64,000 nt of DNA. Origin: Patescibacteria group bacterium (GTDB lineage: Bacteria > Patescibacteriota > Patescibacteriia > UBA9934). The DNA is taken from contig JBAZXR010000001.1 in assembly GCA_041659765.1 (NCBI GenBank), forward strand, positions 723,338 through 787,337, given 5' to 3'. Below the pieces are notes generated by a model. The model made no database searches. It was not told where the DNA came from and was given only the letters and a program-made list of their open reading frames with translations. This document shows positions 57,882 through 64,000 of the stretch, piece by piece (within the stretch, counting starts at the first letter, position 1; every line of letters begins with the position of its first letter). The position numbers and the translations under genes are program-made.

Positions 57882-58520
57882 CTATTCCCGTTTCAAAAGC
57901 ACGCCGGAAACCACCACCGCATACATTCCCGCGGCGGCCACGGTTGTCATAGCTGCTCCGACGGTTACGGCGCGGATCGAAGCGTACTGGATCACGTTTG
58001 TCGCGCACGATAAGAACAAGAGAACGACGGGAATGACGGAAACGAACTGAAGGTACGGCACTTTCTTCAAAATGGTGCGAATGACGAGCAGAACAACCGG
58101 CCAAATAGCGACACCGTACCAGCCCAAGTTCAAAAGCATGACCGCGAGAACACCGAATGCGCCGAGCCCGTATGCGGACCGTGCAAGAACACTCGCCTTC
58201 CCCTCGAACCGACTCAGGAACATCTCGGCGAGGAAACCAACTACCGTCGCACCGGTGAGGATACGAATCGCGCGCGTGACGTCGATCGTCATCGTGCCAA
58301 CCCCTCGAGCACCGATAATTGCGTCTGTCAGCTTGCCGATATGTGTCGCAAACACCGCGGGAAGGCCAGCAATAGCGATGATGGACAACGCAAACGGCAC
58401 TGCCCAGATACCAAGCGCTTTTGCGAGCTTCAAGAAGTCAGACGCAAAGAATTCAACGTCTTCACGAGCTGATTTAAGGCCGTCGAGAAAAAACTGTTGA
58501 ATCGTATTTGCATTGATCAT
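57882..58520 (-). CDS. Hypothetical membrane protein
   Basis: 212 aa with five or six TM helices. Confidence 0.4.
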   Translation of the reverse strand: MINANTIQQFFLDGLKSAREDVEFFASDFLKLAKALGIWAVPFALSIIAIAGLPAVFATHIGKLTDAIIGARGVGTMTIDVTRAIRILTGATVVGFLAEMFLSRFEGKASVLARSAYGLGAFGVLAVMLLNLGWYGVAIWPVVLLVIRTILKKVPYLQFVSVIPVVLLFLSCATNVIQYASIRAVTVGAAMTTVAAAGMYAVVVSGVLLKRE

Positions 58521-58619
58521 AAATGGTTCCCACTCTGAGCCATGCGAAGAGTCCGACCCTCAGAGGAGAGAGTCGGATCCTTCGCTCTCGCTCAGGATGG
58601 AGATGAGACGCCATCCATT

Positions 58620-59378
58620 CTACAACCTCTCCCAAAGCGATGCGAACAGCAGTTTCTGGGTCTCGTAAATGCCCTTGTTATCGATGATGAGACCTACCAG
58701 TTCGCCCTTCTTATCCAAGAAAATGTTCGCTACTTTGCCCGCGTAGATCAAAATATACGTTGGCGTGCCTTCGGTAGCCGGGATCCACTTTCGTTCGTCG
58801 AGTCCGGCGGTCGACCCGCCCTTGCCGAGCGAAATGTTCTTTACGCTAATGCGCGCGTCGAGACGCTCTGCCGTATACGTAGGAAATGCCGAGTATAGCC
58901 CCGCATCGCGGACCGCGCTCGACGAATAAACGTAATACTCTTTCGACTTTGTCTCTTCCATACTCGAAAGGACGTCTAGGAGAATCACTTTGATCCCCTC
59001 TGGCCCCTCATACATGCGCGCCACCGGCTCCCGAGAGCTCCCCCCGTCATACACGCTATCAAGTTCAGCGATAACCCTCGCGAGCTTCTCGTCTGCTCGC
59101 TTTAACTCGTCCATGCGGTCACGAGCGAGTTCTTCGAGCTTCACGGGCGGCTCGGCTACAAAATACTGTTTAGTCTCCTTATTATAAAAACGCGCAAGCC
59201 GCATGGCCTGCAAGTTTTTCAGAGAATCGTAAACTGTCCCCCGGTTAATCCCCGTCGCCGCCGCCATTTGACGGACAGAGGACGGCCCTTCCTTTAAAAG
59301 GGTCACATAAACTTTTATTTCTTTAGGCGAAAGTCCAAGCTGCTCGAGCACGTCTTCCGCAGGTCTTTGGGGGCTCAT
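58620..59378 (-). CDS. TrmB-family transcriptional regulator
   Basis: N-terminal wHTH (LGLSPKEIKVYVTLLKEGPSSVRQMAAATGINRGTVYDSL) plus a C-terminal ligand-binding domain. Confidence 0.65.
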   Translation of the reverse strand: MSPQRPAEDVLEQLGLSPKEIKVYVTLLKEGPSSVRQMAAATGINRGTVYDSLKNLQAMRLARFYNKETKQYFVAEPPVKLEELARDRMDELKRADEKLARVIAELDSVYDGGSSREPVARMYEGPEGIKVILLDVLSSMEETKSKEYYVYSSSAVRDAGLYSAFPTYTAERLDARISVKNISLGKGGSTAGLDERKWIPATEGTPTYILIYAGKVANIFLDKKGELVGLIIDNKGIYETQKLLFASLWERL

Positions 59379-60151
59379 AAGCGTTTGTTTAACAGCTCTT
59401 CGGCCTTGCTAAGTTCATCTGGCGTGTTGATGCCAACCACCTGCAAAGGATCAACTGATGCCGTGACGATCTTCCGGCCCTCAGCCATCGCCAAACCAAT
59501 CAAATCCGTCAGGTAGTATTCTCCGCTCGCGTTCTCGTTCTTTACGTCCTTCAAGCGATCAAATACCCACGGCACAGGGAATGCGTAGATTCCTGGGTTC
59601 ACTTCCGTAATCATCGCTTCTTCGGCCGAGGCATCCTTGGATTCACGCAACGCCTGTACGGGCATGACGCCGTCATGCCCCTTCGCCGAGGATGCACGAA
59701 TAATTTTTCCCCATTTGATGAACATCGAATAATCGCCGACAAAATTCGGCACCGTAGCCGTGAGCATCGCAATATCTCCCGAATTCTTCGAGGAAAGATC
59801 CGCGAGCTGTTTCAAAACCTCAGGACCAATGAATGGATGATCGCCGTAGAGCACAATAATGCGAGAAGCGCCTTTGCAAGCGTCCTCCGCATACCGCAAC
59901 GCGTCGCCCGTTCCGTTCTGCTCGAGCTGCACGCCGTACGTCACAGAATCGCCAAGTTCAGCGAAAAAAGTGTCCTTACCGTCAGGAGAAACTATGACAA
60001 CCGGCTTTTCATCCAGTCCCGATTTCCGAATACGATCTAAAAGATGCGAAATCATGGGCTTCCCAGCCACCGGAACCAGGGGTTTCGGAACAGAAGCGCC
60101 CATGCGCTTCCCCTTCCCTGCCGCCAAAATGACCACCTTGGTGTCATTCAT
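59375..60151 (-). CDS. Sugar-phosphate nucleotidyltransferase (NTP_transferase domain)
   Basis: VILAAGKGKRMG...KPLVPVAGKPMI signature. 4-nt overlap with the downstream trmB-like gene. Confidence 0.75.
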   Translation of the reverse strand: MNDTKVVILAAGKGKRMGASVPKPLVPVAGKPMISHLLDRIRKSGLDEKPVVIVSPDGKDTFFAELGDSVTYGVQLEQNGTGDALRYAEDACKGASRIIVLYGDHPFIGPEVLKQLADLSSKNSGDIAMLTATVPNFVGDYSMFIKWGKIIRASSAKGHDGVMPVQALRESKDASAEEAMITEVNPGIYAFPVPWVFDRLKDVKNENASGEYYLTDLIGLAMAEGRKIVTASVDPLQVVGINTPDELSKAEELLNKRL

Positions 60152-60306
60152 ATTGGTGACAGTATGATGGGAAGTTATAAAGTTGTAAAGAAGTAAAGTT
60201 TTAAAGCTAATACTAGCTCAATACTGGAAAAAATGAGATACATCGGTAACACTTTACAGCTTTTTAAACTTTTTCAACCTTTTTAACTGAGATTAGCAAT
60301 AAAACA

Positions 60307-60335
60307 TTGACAAAACGTCATTTTTTTGCTATACT
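60307..60335 (+). promoter_or_regulatory. Consensus promoter (same motif as cassettes A/B)
   Basis: ACATTGACAAAA, 17-bp spacer, TTTTTTTGCTATACT. Confidence 0.6.
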
Positions 60336-60443
60336 TTTATGTTACTTCCGTGCTTTTACGGGGGTGATACGGGCAACAGCCCAACCAACCGACCCAAGAC
60401 TGATGCCGGGACCACTCGGCACTGATCAAGGGAGGAGGTTCCC

Positions 60444-60875
60444 ATGAGCGTTCGCGTCTATCTGGATCCCAAGAAGTGCGTACTCCACACCAACCCCCAT
60501 GGCGCACGGTACATCCTCGTCGATGGCGCCAAGCAGTACGTCCAGGAGGAAGGCGGTCTGATCTTCTTCAGCACGGAGCTCCTGGCTCCTATGAACCCGA
60601 GCCTCCGCAAGGACATCGTGTCAGTGACCTACCAAACGGTCATTGAAGACGTGACACACATGGCCAGGATCGCCCGTGGGCGCTACGCGCACGGAAAATT
60701 CGGAGCCCTGGTCCGCCAGACGATTCGCAACGGACGCCAGACGCTCGATATCAGCGTCAAGGCCCCGACGCTGCAGAGCCTGAGCCGCTGGCTGCACCCG
60801 CTCCTCGCCGGCCAGGACACGCCGATCGAGCTGTACTCGGCAGCCCCACAATCCCAGGCCGTCATCGAGGCCTAA
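60444..60875 (+). CDS. Hypothetical protein (GC-rich array, gene 1)
   Basis: 143 aa with RBS gggaggagg. Very high GC3. Confidence 0.45.
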   Translation: MSVRVYLDPKKCVLHTNPHGARYILVDGAKQYVQEEGGLIFFSTELLAPMNPSLRKDIVSVTYQTVIEDVTHMARIARGRYAHGKFGALVRQTIRNGRQTLDISVKAPTLQSLSRWLHPLLAGQDTPIELYSAAPQSQAVIEA

Positions 60876-61020
60876 TCAAGAACTCTCGCGCATTCGCGAG
60901 GCATCGAGCCACCACCCGGTCGGCCCCTTGCCTCCCGGGTGCGCTCTTTGTTTACTGGACATTTTCTCACTTTTATGGCAGTATGTTCTGTCGCAAACAA
61001 CGCGATACTGGGGAGAAATC

Positions 61021-61224
61021 ATGTGTCAGCTAAAGGTTATCACCGTGGGCAACGAGGACGGTCCCCTGAGCACTGGGATGGAAGATGACACCGGTTCGCT
61101 CGAGAAGCAGGTCAACGAATGGCTTGCCGAGCAGAAGGTCGAGGTGATCTCTGCGAGCGTCGTCCCGGACAAATTCCAACGCCCGCAGGCGTTCATCTTC
61201 TACAAGACAGGTCCAACATCCTAG
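61021..61224 (+). CDS. Hypothetical small protein (GC-rich array, gene 2)
   Basis: Start MCQLKV with RBS ggggag. Preceded by a terminator-promoter repeat unit. Confidence 0.35.
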   Translation: MCQLKVITVGNEDGPLSTGMEDDTGSLEKQVNEWLAEQKVEVISASVVPDKFQRPQAFIFYKTGPTS

Positions 61225-61355
61225 CCCGCCACCGCGCGCACCCCACGCCGAGTGCGCTCTTTGTTTACTGGACATTTTCTTGCTTTTATGACAATATGGT
61301 CGGTCGAAAGACAACCCACGGCGGGTGAGCCGAAGAAGAATTTAGGGAGGAATCC

Positions 61356-61715
61356 ATGCCGACCAAAAAGGCTAGGTGGCTACTAGAAACCGTGAACGAA
61401 CGAGAAAGGCGGGAAGCAATAGATCGAGGATCGAGTGAGGACGCGCAGGCTCGGGAATGGCTCCCGACTCGCGTGATGCAGCTCAGCAAGGAGCTTGCAG
61501 AAACTCCTTACGGGACTTCAATCGTCATCCTCAATCTCAAGGACGACGGGCTGTCGAGCCTCGAACGCAAGCAGATCGCGCTGCTCGACAAAGAACTGGG
61601 CATCAACATCCTGAGCAAAGCCGAGGTCGTCAATCAAGGGCATGGCCCCAACGAGGCCTTCTGGGCAGTAATGATCGAGCTCCGGACGTTGATCGATCTC
61701 CTCAAGGCGACGTGA
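61356..61715 (+). CDS. Hypothetical protein (GC-rich array, gene 3)
   Basis: 119 aa with RBS gggagg. Preceded by a repeat unit. Confidence 0.4.
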   Translation: MPTKKARWLLETVNERERREAIDRGSSEDAQAREWLPTRVMQLSKELAETPYGTSIVILNLKDDGLSSLERKQIALLDKELGINILSKAEVVNQGHGPNEAFWAVMIELRTLIDLLKAT

Positions 61716-61884
61716 AAGCTCGTGCTCCACCGTCACGCGCACCCCTCCCGGGTGCGCTCTTCTTTTTCTTTGACATAAATCATATTTTTTGCCATACTTT
61801 CCTGTCGGATCTCACTATTTGAACCTATCCAGGCTCGATAAATCACCGCGTGGCCGACCACGCAAAACCCTTGAAGGAGGGAAC

Positions 61885-62616
61885 ATGAATAGGACGAATG
61901 CGATCGCCCGGCTGAAGGGCAACGCGCTCATGGTTGTCAGCCTCTCGGTTGGCTTCATGGGTCTCTGTGTGGGCGGCGGTGGGCTCATGCTCGCTGCCCG
62001 GACCACACGCGAACTTCACGCGCTCGAGTACAGGGTGCAGAACGACCTCGGGGATCCCGATGCCACCCGGCTCGGCAAGTTTGCCCAAGTGCCAGTGTTC
62101 GATGCGGACGGCAAGCCCGTCATGATCCCGTGCCCAGGCCAACCGGGAGCGCGATGCACAAAGACGCACCGCCTCCGCCAGTCCGCATGGGAGGAGATGG
62201 AGTCGCTCGATGGGCGCATTCACAAGATTGCGTCCGAACTCGAGACCCACCGGCTCTACTCCGATTTCGAGTTCAGGCGCATCGCCCGCGAGCGGAGTGA
62301 CGAAACCACGGATCAGTGGAGAGAACAGGTGGATACCCTGCTCGCTACCAATCCCCCCGCCGAGGTGGTGGCCGACGACTCGGATCCGCCGGCGATCATA
62401 GAAGGAGCGTTGGATGGCGACGTGTTGCCTGGTGACCCCGGGTTCGATGCGCAGGTCAGTGAATTCTGCCCGCAGAACCCGGAAAAGCATGCGGACGGCA
62501 AGTTCTACTTGACCGGCTGCACGGAAGGCGGCACCGCCTACGTGCACACCACCTTCGTGTGCAACATCTGGGACAGCACCCCGCCGTACCTCCACGGCTG
62601 TGACATCGTCCGTTAG
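61885..62616 (+). CDS. Cys-rich secreted protein (GC-rich array, gene 4)
   Basis: RBS gaaggaggg. TM or signal helix. Eight Cys in the extracellular part. Confidence 0.45.
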   Translation: MNRTNAIARLKGNALMVVSLSVGFMGLCVGGGGLMLAARTTRELHALEYRVQNDLGDPDATRLGKFAQVPVFDADGKPVMIPCPGQPGARCTKTHRLRQSAWEEMESLDGRIHKIASELETHRLYSDFEFRRIARERSDETTDQWREQVDTLLATNPPAEVVADDSDPPAIIEGALDGDVLPGDPGFDAQVSEFCPQNPEKHADGKFYLTGCTEGGTAYVHTTFVCNIWDSTPPYLHGCDIVR

Positions 62617-62638
62617 TTCTCGTCTCGTTCCCCTCGAC

Positions 62639-62673
62639 AGCTCCGCGCCCTCTGGTGCGGAGCTTTTCTTTTG
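62639..62673 (+). terminator. Intrinsic terminator
   Basis: gctccgcgcc-ctctg-gtgcggagc plus TTTTCTTTT. Confidence 0.75.
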
Positions 62674-62676
62674 TAA

Positions 62677-62706
62677 CAAAAAAGCCGAGTCTTTCGACTC
62701 GGGCTC
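62677..62706 (-). terminator. rRNA operon terminator
   Basis: Minus-strand hairpin agcccgagtc-gaaa-gactcggc followed by TTTTTTG. Confidence 0.75.
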
Positions 62707-62723
62707 TTTGTTGAAAAATCGCA

Positions 62724-62840
62724 GTGTCCTGGCGGCCACCTACTCTCGCTACACTTAACTACCATCGGCTCATGCAGGCTTAACATTCGTGTTCGGGATG
62801 GGAACGCGTGTGACCCTGTAGAAAGTGCCACCAAGACACT
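62724..62840 (-). rRNA. rrf: 5S rRNA
   Basis: Reverse complement is GTCTTGGTGGC...CCGAACACG...GCGAGAGTAGGTGGCCGCCAGGAC, with helix I pairing and loop C/E conserved blocks. Confidence 0.88.
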
Positions 62841-62917
62841 GCGATCTTTCATTGTTTACGTCAGTATATATTTTGAACTGTACTTCACTTTGCGCGTCTT
62901 TCGACGCCGCAATCAGT

Positions 62918-64000
<1,083 letters not shown>

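Noticed and set aside
60913-61772. Possible CRISPR-like spacing of three repeats
   Set aside because: The repeats are about 45 bp terminator-promoter units with variable spacing (323 and 502 bp) that contain genes. They are not short regular direct repeats with spacers.
61843-62739. ORF 61843..62739(-), 298 aa
   Set aside because: It is antisense to the Cys-rich secreted gene and runs through two terminators.
62613-62852. ORF 62613..62852(-)
   Set aside because: It overlaps the 5S rRNA and its terminator.

Overview
This 64 kb window reads as a bacterial chromosomal segment with compact, mostly housekeeping content and several accessory or mosaic insertions. All protein calls rest on motif recognition from the ORF-track translations; no searches were run.

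Core content, left to right:
- A partial HAD hydrolase at the window edge, an NrnA-like DHH phosphoesterase, CCA-adding enzyme, and an ECF sigma / anti-sigma pair.
- tRNA-Val(GAC) and a clean tRNA-Ile with the rare UAU anticodon.
- RluA-type pseudouridine synthase, an archaeal-type cytidylate-kinase-like P-loop protein, rplS, and a DsbA co-operonic with a large Cys-rich membrane/secreted protein.
- secG, a family-5 ABC substrate-binding protein, tRNA-Leu(CAG), RNase J, trpS, and RNase P RNA (rnpB).
- A cell-envelope polysaccharide locus: initiating sugar transferase, three GT4 glycosyltransferases, a DUF4012-like protein and a 625-aa surface protein.
- FemAB-family transferase, ruvA, and an HD / DHH-motif / P-loop kinase trio.
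- A type-2 ileS; a pentose-phosphate block (rpiB, rpe, split transketolase N and C subunits interrupted by a DUF4349-like membrane gene); rsuA-like synthase; SAM methyltransferase.
- Two PfkB sugar kinases flanking a DUF2090-like gene; a 2-hydroxyacid dehydrogenase; tRNA-Ala(UGC).
- An L,D-transpeptidase with FG-GAP repeats, a PHP-domain EndoQ-like protein, a TrmB regulator and a sugar nucleotidyltransferase.
- The 3' end of an rRNA operon at the right edge (partial 23S plus 5S, minus strand).

The gene repertoire (split transketolase, DUF4012/GT4 envelope locus, many small secreted or membrane proteins) suggests a small-genome Patescibacteria/CPR-like or similar Gram-positive-type organism, but this is only an inference.

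Notable non-core signals:
1. A strongly conserved sigma70-like promoter (TTGACA, 17 bp spacer, TGnTAtACT, often with an upstream TTAGCCA) recurs at least eight times.
2. Two paralogous promoter / small secreted 2-Cys protein / terminator cassettes flank a degenerate tRNA-like element.
3. A ~580 nt promoter-driven locus with no CDS looks like a candidate structured ncRNA.
4. Three GC-rich islands with high GC3 (14.9-17.06 kb, 50.5-51.5 kb, 60.3-62.64 kb) probably reflect horizontal acquisition; the last is a tandem array of terminator-promoter repeat units and hypothetical genes ending in a Cys-rich secreted protein.

The genetic code looks standard.
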